A stretch of DNA of 64,000 bases from Octopus sinensis. Taxonomy: Eukaryota. Both the position numbers and the translations under genes were made by a program. Shown here one piece after another: positions 1-12,839 of the stretch (the first letter of the stretch is position 1; each line of letters opens with the position of its first letter). Below the pieces are notes generated by a model. It was given only the letters and a program-made list of their open reading frames with translations. It had not been told where the DNA came from and searched no databases. Where the stretch lies: the NCBI RefSeq assembly GCF_006345805.1, contig NC_043010.1, forward strand, positions 310,001 to 374,000, in the 5' to 3' direction.

Positions 1-442
1 TAACCATCACTAATAACTTTAAAAAGTTTGTGACGACAGAATAATTAGCGGTATTATACTGCTACTAATTTAATTAATTAGAACACCTCCTGCACAAAAG
101 TACTCACCACGTACCCGTTACTTTAACTCTTTGCTTGCATTTTCGTGACTGTGTTGTAGTCAATGATTATTATTTAAGCATGAATGTCACATAATATCAC
201 ACTAGTACAGCCGGACCTGTGGAGTGCCGGATTAGCGAGTTTGCTTGGATAATTTAGATTCTTCGATTAACATGCACTTTTACTCATCAGTTAACCATCA
301 CATCGTATCTTTTAAAATACCCTGTAAATCCATATGATCGTCAATAAGGCGGGGAAATGGACATTAAATGAAAAGCAAATGAAATTTTGATAAAGAACAG
401 GTAAAACAAGGGGGTATAGATAAGTACCCAGGTACTGTTGAC

Positions 443-553
443 TTGCGTAAGAAAGTTCAACGCTACCTCTTTCAAAATGAAGAGCTGAAATTTAAATTTC
501 AGTTCCATAATAAGAAGTGGGAGCTAACAGGATCGTCATCTTTATCTCGAAAG
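443..553 (+). other. candidate upstream exon ending at a consensus splice donor
   Basis: AAG|GTGAGT at 553/554 in non-repetitive, CpG-containing sequence; a link to the ZNF exon at 19211 is inference only. Confidence 0.25.
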
Positions 554-1393
554 GTGAGTAAAACATCTGAAACTGGTGATGAAATTGTCCTGTTGTCTTC
601 AGGAACTGATGATGATAGTGGCAGCATGCTTGGGTGAACAGAAGTCCATGGTATTAAATTTTCAAATGTCAGTTCCCCTATTTCATTATTTCAGTTTTTA
701 GCTATTTTTAAAAATGAATCTTTCAATCTAATCTGTTTCATATATTTTGGCCTTTCTTTGTTTAGTTTATTCTACAAAATGTAAACTTACATAATTTCTT
801 GTTAAGTTATAAAATTCTTATTCTACATCAGCTTTTCTCAACCTTTTTCACCCTTTGGGAATCTGCTAAAATATATTCTATGTATCAGGGAAACCTCGCA
901 AAAAAGTTGGTACATAGCTTTTTTGGTGCTACTTTAGCTTGCAGTCTACCAGAGTATTCATAGTTTATGCTGTGAAATGACCTGATCTGAAATTAGATTT
1001 AGGATTAGCCTGCATGCTAAAGGGTTAATGGCCAAGTAGACCAAGCTCAAATGTAGCATCACTTTTTTATCTTCTTAGTCTTCTGTAGGAGATCAAGCAA
1101 ATTGTAAAACTGTCTTTGAAAGGTTTAGCTGTCTATGGTCATTAGATATCCCAATGAATATTTGAGAAGTTTTATCTAATACCATGCTTAGATAAAATAT
1201 CCCTACAATCCTCCGCTAAGAGGTCACTTTATGCCATGTGTTTGTATAATAAAATAATGATTATAGAATTAAACATAAAAATGCATTTGCATATAAGGCG
1301 CAGGTGTGGCTGTGTGGTAAAAAGGCAGGGATCTGGCCAAAACGTTAGCAGGCCGGGTGACATGCTTAGTGGTTATTCGTCTGCCGCTACGTT

Positions 1394-2087
1394 CATCATC
1401 ATCATCGTCGTTTAACGTCCGTTCTCCATGCTAGCATGGGTTGGACGGTTCGACCGGGGATCTGGGAAGCCAGAAGGCTGCACCAGGCTCCAGTCTTATC
1501 TGGCAGTGTTTCTACAGCTGGATGCCCTTCCTAACGCCAACCACTCCGTGAGTGTAGTGGGTGCTTTTTACGTGCCACCTGCACAGGTGCCAGGCGAGGC
1601 TGGCAACGGCCACGGTCGGATTGGTGTATTTTATGTGCCACCGGCACGGAAGCCAGACGAGGCGGTGCTGGCATCGGCTACGAGTCGGATGGTGCTTTTT
1701 ACGTACCACCAGACCAGGGATCCTGGCTGGTTCAATTCGATTTCGATTTCGCTTGCCCCAACATGTTTTCGCAAGCAAGGGGGTTGGCATGGGTGCCTGT
1801 TGTACGGTCAGATTGGTGTATTTTATGTGCCACCGGCACGGAAGCCAGTGGAGGCGGCACTGGCATCGGCCACGAGTCGGATAGTGCTTTTTACGTACCA
1901 CCAGACCAGGGAACCTGGCTGGTTCGATTCGATTTCGCTTGCCCCAACATGTCTTCGCAAGCAAGGGGGTTGGCATGGGTGCCTGTCGTACGGTCAGATT
2001 GGTGTATTTTACGTGCCACCGGCACAGAAGCCAGTGGAGGCGGCGCTGGCATCGGCCACGAGTCGGATAGTGCTTTTTACGTACCAC
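1394..2087 (-). mobile_element. RTE-clade LINE 3' UTR fragment with internal higher-order tandem repeat
   Basis: Reverse complement of the tail GAGTGGTTGGCGTTAGGAAGGGCATCCAGCTGTAGAAAC...CCAACCCATGCTAGCATGGAGAACGGACGTTAAACGACGAT(GAT)n; the same tail follows RTE coding sequence at 3895-5383 and 47775-48265. Confidence 0.85.
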
Positions 2088-2245
2088 AAATTCCGCCGAG
2101 GTCGACTTTGCCTTTCATCCTTTTGGGGTCGATTAAATAAGTACCAGTTATGCACTGGGGTCGATGTAATCGACTTAATCCCTTTGTCTGTTCTTGTTTG
2201 TCCTCTCTATGTTTAGCCTCTTGTGGGCAATAAAGAAATAAGAAA

Positions 2246-2380
2246 CTTACTTCCCCAACCACATGATTTTGGGTTGAGTCCCACTGTGTGGCACCTTGGC
2301 CAAGTGTCTTCTACTATAACCTTGGGCTGACGAAAGCCTTGTGAGTGGATTTGGTGCACAAAAACTGAAAGAAGCCTGTC

Positions 2381-2415
<35 letters not shown>

Positions 2416-2625
2416 CTGTGTTTGTTCTGTCAACTGCTTGACAACTGGTGTTGGTATGTTCACATCCCTGTAACTTAGTGGTTTAACAAAAAAAATCAAT
2501 AAAATACATACTAGGCTTTAAAGAAAAATGTCCTGAGGACTATTTGTTTAACTAAAAGCAGTCAAGGTAGTGCCCCAGCATAGCTGCAGTCAAATGACTG
2601 TAACATGTAAAAGATAAAAGAAAAA
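2246..2625 (+). mobile_element. tRNA-derived SINE, abundant family, 5' head eroded
   Basis: B-box-like GGGTTGAGTCCC, body GGCACCTTGGCCAAGTGTCTTCTACTATA...GTGAGTGGATTTGG, internal (TA)/(TG)n, tail GTGCCCCAGCATAGCTGCAGTC; many related copies in the window. Confidence 0.75.
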
Positions 2626-2853
2626 AATGCAGATAATTAGTTTATTTCTCATAGAATCCATAGTGACTTTTGGAATGGTAGGGTTTTGATGAACCCCGTG
2701 ATTCCATGTCTTTTACTACTTCGTTGCCAAGTGACTTAACTAATCAACAGAATCTACTACAATTATTACTAGTTACTGCTATTTTGTTTCTCAGTACTTA
2801 CATCCATCAGTATAATAACGATCATTTCAGGTGGCGAGCTGGCAAAACTTTTA

Positions 2854-3416
2854 TTGGGTTGTCCGGAAAGTTTGTGCTGATTTATAGTAGCTTAACTTTT
2901 GACTTATTTTAGAAAAATGGTTGAGTCCATAAAATAGGATTTGACTACACCTCCATTTAGAGCACAGTTTAAGCTATCTTTTCGTGGAAGAAGGCTTTCC
3001 TATAAACTGTGTTAATTCTGTAACCCTTTAAAATAAAAGATGAGAAAGTTCATTTTCGGCACTTGATGCTTTGGGAACCAGACAAAAATTGCTGCAGCTC
3101 GGCTGGGATGTGTTACCCCACCCTCCATATTCACCAGATATTGCTCCTTCGGATTTCCACTTATTCAGGTCTCTGCAGAATAGTCTTAATGGTAAAAATT
3201 TCAATTCCTTGGATGACGTAAAAAGATACCTTGATGAATCCTTTGCCATGAAACCACCTCAATTCTGGGAATAGGGTATTTTCAAGGTAAAGGAAACATG
3301 GAGATGCATTGTGCAACAAAATGGTTCATATTTAGTTGATTAAAAATGTAATGGCAAGTATTTATTGACCATTTTCTTTCCTTTAAAAATCAGCATGAAC
3401 TTTCCGGACAACCCAA
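2854..3416 (+). mobile_element. internally deleted mariner element with intact TIRs and TA target duplication
   Basis: 30-bp TIRs TTGGGTTGTCCGGAAAGTT(TG/CA)TGCTGATTT, 28/30 match, TA on both sides; ORF 3071-3274 has mariner motif LPHPPYSPDIAPSDFHLF. Confidence 0.9.
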
Positions 3417-3894
3417 TAGAATGCTGAGCAAAATGCTCAGTAGCATTTTGTCCATTGTTATGTTCTGCATTCAAATTCCACTGAGGTTGACTTTGTCTTT
3501 CATCCTATGAACACTGGGGCTGATATTATCAACTTAGCCCCTCCCACAAACTTACTAACCATGTGCCAAAATTTGAAACCAATATAATAATGATCATTTA
3601 CCACATTGTCAGCAATGTTCATCTATTCTGTAACATTATCTTCAGTTATTGTGGATGCAAGACCCACAGCAATAGGTTTATAAGCAAATTGAAAGTAATT
3701 AAGTATAATCATTTTTTTTCTTTTAAAACCCTACTTATAGGTGCTGGCATGGCTCTGCGGTTAAGAGGCTTAACTTGCAACCATGTGGTTTTTTGTTTAT
3801 TGTCAATGGTCAGCACCTTGGGCAAGTGTCTTTTACTATAGCCCTAAATCAACCAGTACTTTGTGAGAGAATTTGGTAGAGGCAACTGTGTGGT

Positions 3895-5383
3895 TGGCTG
3901 TCATAGTTAGTGACTTTAGGATCAGGACTAAGAGGATGACCAACATGGAGAAGAAGGATCTGGAAGCTTAAAAATCCTGCGAATGGACAGAGATTTAGGA
4001 ACATCTTACTTGAAGCCGTTGACGAGGTAGAAGGGGATATAGCTTCACATGGGGTAGAAGACAACTGGAGGTCTCTAAGGGACAACCTGCTGAGAGCCAC
4101 TGACCAGATCTGTGGCTGATGCAAAGTCCCCCTCTCGACCCAAAATAATGTGATGGTGGAACAATGTTGTAGACAGGGCTATTAGAGAAAAGAGACAGGC
4201 TTGGAAGGACTGGAAGAACGGTGGTAGCAGGGAATTGTATCAGACTACCAAAAGAGAAGCTAGGAGACAGGTTTATTTAGCCAGAGGGGAAGCAGATAAG
4301 AAAAAATTTGCCAATGGTCTGCGCCGTGAGGACCAAAGACTTGAGGTATTTCATGTTTCAAGACAGTGTGTGAGAGAGAATTGTGATGTGGTAGGAGAGA
4401 AATGTGTTCGCATGGATGATGGCTCACTTGCGCTGAATGAGGATGTAAAGAGAGAGGTAGGGAGACACCATTATGAGAGGAAGCTAAATAAGGAAAATGA
4501 ATGGGATAAAGAGAGTCTGCCGAATGTCGACCCAACAGAGGGACCAGCTATCAGAGTTGACAGTTCCTTAGTAGTTAAGAATTAGAAGCATGAAGACAGG
4601 GAAAGCTCCAGGCCCATCTGGAATTACTGCAGAGATGCTTAAAATATCTGGTAGTGTCAGCTATAGACTAGTCACCCGTATAATTAACCAGGTGATACAC
4701 GAAGGAGTCATACCCAATGACTGGTGTAGCAGCATAATAGTCAACTGCTACAAAGGTAAAGGTGACGCTTTAGATACAAATAATTACAGAAGTATCAAGC
4801 TTTTGGATCAGGTAATGAAGGTTACGGAGAGGGTCATAGCCCAACTGATTAGGGAGAGAGTCAGCTTGGATGAGATGCAGTTTGGTTTTGTACCAGGGAA
4901 AAGCACACAAACCCTACTTGTGAAGACCTGTTGAGGCAAGTGAAAATCAAAATCAAAATCGAAATCGATCAACATCAATGAAAATTGTAGCTGTGATACC
5001 AGTGCTGATGGCACGTAAGAGAACCATCCGAACGTGGCCGTTTCTAGTGCCGCACCCACTGGCCTCCGTGCCGGTGGCATGTAAAATGCTCCATCCGTTT
5101 GTGGCCGTTGCCAGCCTCATCTGGCCCCCATGCCGGTGGCACGTAAAAAGCACCATCCGATCGTGACCATTTGCCAGCCTCATCTGGCACCTGTGCATGT
5201 GGCACGTAAAAAGCACCCACTACACTCATGGAGTGGTTGGCGTTAAGAAGGGCATCCAGCCGTAGAAACACTGCCAGATCAGAGTGGGCTTGGCGCAGCC
5301 TTCTGGCTTCCCAAACCCCAGTTGAACCATCCAACCATGCTAGCATAGAAAACGGATGTTAAACGATGATGATGATGATGATA
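3895..5383 (+). mobile_element. RTE-clade LINE, 5'-truncated and internally deleted
   Basis: KTGKAPGPSGITAEMLK...YKGKGD...KLLDQVMKVTERV...MQFGFVPGKST (4590-4905) joined directly to the 3' UTR with ~60-bp repeats and (GAT)n tail; in-frame stops. Confidence 0.9.
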
Positions 5384-5384
5384 T

Positions 5385-5422
<38 letters not shown>

Positions 5423-5496
5423 TTATATATGTATGTGTATATATATATACACATTTATATATGTATGTGTATATATATATACATACATATAATATG

Positions 5497-5538
<42 letters not shown>

Positions 5539-5544
5539 TATATA

Positions 5545-6189
5545 AATTTATAAAAATATGGTAAAGTAAAAATTCACTTTACCGCAAACCGAACTTTTCA
5601 GAAATAGCAGCCAAAAATTTGGCTATTTCTTCAACTGCAAGTAAAAGTCTCCAGACAATGCATACTCAGAAAATAACTCACATAGGTATAAGGGAAAACA
5701 ATGAAAGATCACATCCATATAAGATACCCGAGAACAGCCTGTTTCTGGATTCGTGGGTTAAACGCCACTTTTCCTTCATCAGCTCAGAGATTTCTTCTGA
5801 TTTGGATTTGAAAATACTAGAAAACCAAACATACCCATCCGATATCTGTAACATCGGACAAACTATGCTGACACCCAGTACTAGCTACCAAAATACAAAT
5901 GAGATCTATTATTCTCCCTGTCCACCCACGTGAGTCATAGAGTAGTGCATTTCTACAGAGGCGAAAACTGTAGTTCAAATTCTTGGAGAGAAAGCATATA
6001 TTGTCAGTAAAAAAGGGTAGAATTAATAATTGTTAATCAATTCGACCAAGCAGTATTCGTATGTAAAAGGACCATTTACGGTATATTTGAAGTATTAATT
6101 TATAAAAATATGGTAAAGTAAAAAAATTCACTTTACCGCACACCAAACTTTTCAGAAATAGCAGCCAAAAATTTGGCTATTTCTTCAAC
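5545..6189 (-). mobile_element. PLE pseudo-LTR or retrozyme-like unit with terminal direct repeats
   Basis: ~91-bp direct repeats at 5545-5635 and 6097-6189 (period 552 bp), internal hammerhead motif, (TA)n on both sides; related to 58112-58440. Confidence 0.7.
5728..5787 (-). ncRNA. type I hammerhead ribozyme motif
   Basis: CUGAG-CUGAUGA-A-GGA(AAA)GUGG..CCAC(GAA)UCC-A-GAAAC-AGGCU-GUU-CUCGG; core intact, stem I 5 bp, stem III ACA/UGU, stem II imperfect next to the core. Confidence 0.7.
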
Positions 6190-6261
6190 ATATATATATA
6201 TATATATAATATATATATATATATGTACATATATCTATATATATATGTACATATATATATA

Positions 6262-6422
6262 TCATCATCGTTTAACGTCCGTTTTCCGCGCTAGCACGGG
6301 TTGGACTGTTTGACCGGGGTCTGGGGAGCCAGGGGCTGCCCCAGGCTCCAGTCTGATCTGGCAGTGTTCTACAGCTGGATGCCTTCCTAACGCCAACCAC
6401 TCCGCGAGGTAGTGGGTGCTTT

Positions 6423-6426
<4 letters not shown>
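6262..6426 (-). mobile_element. RTE 3' tail fragment
   Basis: CATCATCGTTTAACGTCCG...GCTAGCACGGGTTGGAC...CCTTCCTAACGCCAACCACTCC. Confidence 0.85.
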
Positions 6427-6488
<62 letters not shown>

Positions 6489-6608
6489 GATATATATACA
6501 ATATATATATATTATATTATCTTATATATCTATATATATATACTATATACATATATATATATATATATATATAATATATATATATTATATCTATATATAT
6601 ATTCTATA

Positions 6609-6649
<41 letters not shown>

Positions 6650-6767
6650 CTTATATACATATATATACATATATATATATACTATATATATATATCTATA
6701 TATATATACTATATATTCATATATATATGTATATATATATACTAAAGTATATATATATATATATACG

Positions 6768-6808
<41 letters not shown>

Positions 6809-6873
6809 GTATATGTATCTATATGTATATATGTATATATATAATATCTATATATATGTATATATTATATATG

Positions 6874-6924
<51 letters not shown>

Positions 6925-7055
6925 GTATATATGTATATATATATGTATATATGTATATATGTATAATATATATATATATATATATGTATATGTATATATA
7001 TATATGTATATATATATATGATATATATTATATGTATATATATATATAATCTATG

Positions 7056-7088
<33 letters not shown>

Positions 7089-7103
7089 GTATATTATATA
7101 GAT

Positions 7104-7137
<34 letters not shown>

Positions 7138-7193
7138 GTATGTATATATATATATATATGTAATATAATATATATTATATATATATATGTGGT

Positions 7194-7225
<32 letters not shown>

Positions 7226-7268
7226 TAATAATATATATATGTATATATATATATGTATATTATATATA

Positions 7269-7362
7269 CTTGATACTTACTTTGATACTTTGATAGGTTT
7301 CGGCCATTATTGGCCAGGCCATGTCTAACTAATAGCACACCTGGTGTGAAGTCTTTCAAGTC

Positions 7363-7364
<2 letters not shown>
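7269..7364 (-). mobile_element. possible extreme 3' tip of another LINE family
   Basis: Minus strand ends in hairpin GGCC-AATAAT-GGCC, then GAAAC and short tandem ATCAAAGT units, resembling the architecture of the CR1 tail at 12190-12232. Confidence 0.3.
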
Positions 7365-7400
<36 letters not shown>

Positions 7401-7826
7401 TATATAGTATATATATTATATATGTATATAGATATGTATATAGATAATATATATAGATGTATATTATATATATATATATATATGTATACATACATATTAT
7501 ATATATATATGTACATATATATATATATGTATGTGTACATATATATATATATGTACATATATATATATATGTATGTATACATATATATATGTATGTATAC
7601 ATATATATATATGTATGTATACATATATATGGTATGTATACATATATATATATAATATATACATATATCTATATATCTATAACATATCTATATACATATA
7701 TATATATATATACATATATATATAATTATATATTATATATATATATATATATATACCTATATATATAGATATATATATATACATATATATTTATACTATA
7801 TATATATAATATACATATATATATAG

Positions 7827-7880
<54 letters not shown>

Positions 7881-8470
7881 ACATATATATATATATATCT
7901 ACATATACATATATATATATATATATATCTACCATATCTATATATTACATATATTATTCATATATCTATTATATATATAATACATATATAATAGATATAT
8001 ATAATATATATATTATATTATATATATATATAATATATATATATATATATGTACATATATATATATTATGTACATATATATATATATATGTACATTATAT
8101 ATATATGTACATATATATATGTACATATATATATATAGGTACATATATATATGTACTATATATATATATATATGTACATATATATATTATGGTAATATAT
8201 TATATACATATATATATATGTACATATATATATATGTACATATATATATATATGTACATATATATATATATGTACATATATATATGTACATTATATTATA
8301 TATGTGTTAATTATATATATATATATATGTACATATATATATACATATACATATATATATACATATATATATACAAGATACATATACATATATATATATA
8401 CATATATATATATATATCATAATACATATATAGATACATATATATATATACATATACATAATATATATAT

Positions 8471-8504
<34 letters not shown>

Positions 8505-8604
8505 CATATACATATTATATATACATATACATATAATATATATTATATATATATATATTATATTTAACATAACATATATATATATACATATATATATACA
8601 TTAC

Positions 8605-8640
<36 letters not shown>

Positions 8641-8684
8641 TACATATACATATATATATATATAACATATTATATATTATATAC

Positions 8685-8715
<31 letters not shown>

Positions 8716-9607
8716 CATAGATATATATAATATATATATATATATCATACATAATATATATATATATATATATATACATAATATATATATATATATATAT
8801 ATCGTATACATTATATAATTATATATTATATACATATATTATATATATATCTATATATATATACATATATATATATATATGTACATATACATATATATAT
8901 ATATGTAGATATATATATATGTACATATATATATATATATATGTAGATATATATATATGTACATATATATATATATGTACATATATATATATATATATGT
9001 ACATATATATATATATATATGTACATATATATATATATATATGTACATATATATATATATATATGTACATATATATATATGTACATATATATATATGTAC
9101 ATATATATATGTACATATATATATTATGTAGATATATATATATATGTAGATATATATATATATGTACATATATATATATATATGTAGATATATATATATG
9201 TACATATATATATATATGTAGTATATATATATATGTACATATATATATATATATGTAGATATATATATATATGTAGATATATATATATATGTACATATCT
9301 ATATATATATATGTATATATATATATATGTACATATATATATATATATGTACATATATATATCTATATGTGATATAATATATATGTACATATATATATAT
9401 ATATCTATGTACATATATATATATATGTACTATATATATATATATGTACTATATATATTATATATATAGTACATATATATATATATATACGTACATATAT
9501 ATATATATGACATATATATATATATATGTACATATATATATATATATATGTACTTATATATATATATATGTACATATATATATATATCATACATATATAT
9601 ATATATA

Positions 9608-9645
<38 letters not shown>

Positions 9646-9668
9646 TATATATAATGTACATATATATA

Positions 9669-9699
<31 letters not shown>

Positions 9700-9800
9700 C
9701 TATATTATCATATATTACATCTATATCTATATATATAATATATTATATATATATATATATATATGTACATATATACATATATATATATATGTATATATTA

Positions 9801-12232
9801 TGCACAAACAATATGGATATTATCCATAATGTTAATGTGATGCCGACAATGATCTCGGATCACAACATAATAGCTGTCTATGTATGGAACAAAAGCCCCC
9901 ACAGACACACAGCCTATACGAAGCACCCACCATCTCTCCAACTTAAACTTTCATAAAGCCAACTGGAAGTCGATTGAGAAAGAGATCCTCAAACAGGATT
10001 GGCCTGAATGTCTCTCCACACTGGACATAAACATGAAACACAAACACTTCATGTCCATAATACAAGCCATATGTCCCAATGTGCTGGGCCAGCACATACA
10101 AGAACAAAAACAGGATCCCTAGAGAAAGGAGGATTCTTATGAGACGACGGACAAGGATTGCAAACCGCCTGAGCAAGCACACCAAAAGTGGTGAGAAGTC
10201 TCGGCTCGAAAGAATGCTAATGGAAACTGAGAAAAGTCTACATCAGTCCCATGAAAAGGAGAGAGCAGATAAAGAAGCTTGGGTAATAGAAAATATAAAA
10301 TCAAACCCTAAAGCCTTCTTTAAGTTTGCCAAAGAGACAGCCACAGTGCACCAGAGAATAGGACCTCTCTTCCCAAAAGATGGCTCTCTCACAGGAAATC
10401 CCACGAGGATAAGTGAAATACTGAACGAACAGTTCCAAAGTGTGTTCACTACACCTCTAGGACACAGGCAAGTAAACAACCCAGAAGAATTCTTTGCCAC
10501 TTTACCAGCGGCCAAAGAGACAAAAATTGAGTACATCAGCATCGAAGAAGATGATATCACACTAGCCATTGATGAGATTGACACAAACTCAGCTGCTGGA
10601 CCTGATGGATACCCAGCGATCCTTCTCAAATCGTGCAAACGAGCCCTTGCAAAACCGCTACAGCTTCTTTTTCAGAGCTTTCTTGCAAGTGGTAAGCTCC
10701 CAGTCAAACTGAAAGAGGGGGTAATATGCCCTATCCATAAGGGAGGTAGCAGAGCAGATGCTAAAAATTATAGGCCTATCTCTCTAACCTCACACATCAG
10801 CAAAGTCATGGAACGAATAGTCCGTAAGAAACTAATCATGTTCCTTGAAGAAAATGACTTACTGTCTGACACCCAGCATGGATTTCGACCAGGTAGAGGC
10901 TGCCTAACACAGCTCCTGCAACACTATGACTGGGTGTTGAAACAGCTACTAAATGGCTCAAATGTGGATGTAATATATCTCGACTTTGCAAAAGCCTTTG
11001 ATAAAGTTGACCATGGTATGATCTGTCACAAACTGCGTGGTCTCGGCATAGGCGGGAACTTGGAGAGTGGCTGCACAACTTCCTAAAAGACAGAAAACAG
11101 GCAGTTGTGAGCAATGGAGCCACCTCCAAGGAAACGCAAATAACAAGCGGTGTCCCACAGGGCACTGTCTTGGGGCCACTGATGTTCATAGTGGCCCTTT
11201 CAGACATGCCTTCAGTTGCTACAATGACCACCCTTGCTAGCTATGCAGATGACACAAAAGTCTCCCACGCAATACAAAACCCTGAAAATATTGCGCATCT
11301 GCAACATGAGCTGGACACAATATACAGGTGGGCTGAGGACAACAACATGCAGTTTAATGCAGGTAAGTTCCAGGCCCTGCGCTACTGGCACACAAGGTAA
11401 ATGACGTGAAGACTGGATACACTGGCCCAGGAAGAATTGCAATCCCTGAGTCAAAATCAGTGCGTGACCTGGGCATTGACATGAGCAATGATGCATCTTT
11501 CCAAATGCATATTGCTAATCTGGTGATAAAATGCAGACGGCTAGCTGGATGGATTCTCCGAACTTTCAGAACAAGAGAGAAGGAGACACTGATGGTCTAT
11601 GGAAAACATTCGTCCTCAGCCGCTTGGACTACTGCTCCCAACTTTGGTCACCACACAATATAAAACAAACAGCAGAACTCGAAGCAACTCAGAGAAGCTA
11701 CACAAAGAAAATCGTCTCAATGCAAAATGTCAGCTACTGGGAAAGACTGAAGGTATTAAACCTCTTCTCCCTGGAACGGAGGCGGGAGAGATATGCAGTG
11801 ATATACATCTGGAAAATCCTGGTGGGTCTTGTCCCAAACTTTGGCATTCAAAGTTACTCCAACCGCAGAACGGGGCGCCACTGCATGGTGCCAAGGATTC
11901 CAACATCACCATCAAAATACAGGTCCAGATACTGCAACAGCTTGGGTTTCAGAGGACCACAGCTCTTTAACATCCTCCCTAATGCCTGAGAGACTTACAT
12001 GGTGTGGATGTGGGTTTCTTTAAAACTAAACTGGATCTCTTCTTGTTGGGAGTCCCAGATGAACCTACCTCACGACAGGAGACACGGATGCGGGCAGCAG
12101 CATCGAACTCCCTTGTTGATCAAGTGCCACGTATCAGAGGTGGATTCACAAACTAGTGTAGCTCATTCAGCGGTGGTGCCCAAGCATGGCCGCGGCCTTC
12201 GGGCTAAAACATTTTTAAGGATTTAAGGATTT
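9801..12232 (+). mobile_element. CR1-group LINE, 5'-truncated ORF2 pseudogene with intact 3' end
   Basis: SDHNII (endonuclease end), AAGPDG, NYRPISLTSHISKVMERIV, QHGFRPGR, YLDFAKAFDKVDH, SGVPQGTVLGP, YADDTK, RLDYCSQLWSP across frameshifts; tail (TTAAGGAT)2. Confidence 0.92.
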
Positions 12233-12306
12233 ATATATATGTACATATATATATATATATATGTACTATATATATATGTACATATATATATATATTATAT
12301 TATATA

Positions 12307-12350
<44 letters not shown>

Positions 12351-12504
12351 TATATGTACATATATATATATATGTACATATATATATATATATGTACATA
12401 TATATATATATGTACATATATATATATATGTACACATAATACATATATATATATGTACATATATATACATATATATATGTACATATATATATATATATAT
12501 ATAT

Positions 12505-12778
12505 CATCATCATCATCATCATCATCCTCATTTAACGTCCGCTTCCATGCTAGCATGGGTTGGACGGTTCAGCTGGAGTCTGGGGAGCCCGAAGGCTGCA
12601 CCAGGCCAGTCAGATCTGGCGTGTTTCTACAGCTTGATGCCCTTCCTAACGCCAACCACTCCGAGAGTGTAGTGGGTGATTTTATGTGCCACCGACACAG
12701 GTGCCAGACGAGGCTGGCGAACGGCACGCTCGGATGGTTTTTTTTTTTTTATGTGCCACCGACACAGTGCCAGACGAG
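12505..12778 (-). mobile_element. RTE 3' tail fragment
   Basis: (CAT)n-TTTAACGTCCGCTTCCATGCTAGCATGGGTTGGACGG...CCCTTCCTAACGCCAACCACTCC plus two repeat heads. Confidence 0.85.
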
Positions 12779-12807
12779 TATGTACATATATATATATATA
12801 TTATATA

Positions 12808-12839
<32 letters not shown>

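Larger units (their letters stand above)
6190..9800. repeat. (TA)n microsatellite array, partly punctuated by TGTACA/TGTAGA
   Basis: ~3.6 kb of TA dinucleotide; contains an RTE tail (6262-6426) and a ~95-bp unique island (7269-7364). Confidence 0.98.

Noticed and set aside
604-640. CTGATGA matches here and near 23737 and 50258
   Set aside because: No properly placed stem II and GAAAC; chance heptamers.
1428-2216. 262-aa and 191-aa ORFs, and similar ORFs at 57204-57802
   Set aside because: Open frames arise from GC-rich tandem repeats in a LINE UTR; no domain is recognisable.
7295-7325. Possible hammerhead (GGCC hairpin followed by GAAAC on the minus strand)
   Set aside because: No CUGANGA core upstream of the hairpin.
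5356-9830. Dozens of long Tyr/Ile-rich ORFs (also at 12239-12872 and 54434-58071)
   Set aside because: They are translations of (TA)n microsatellite, which lacks stop codons; no coding evidence.
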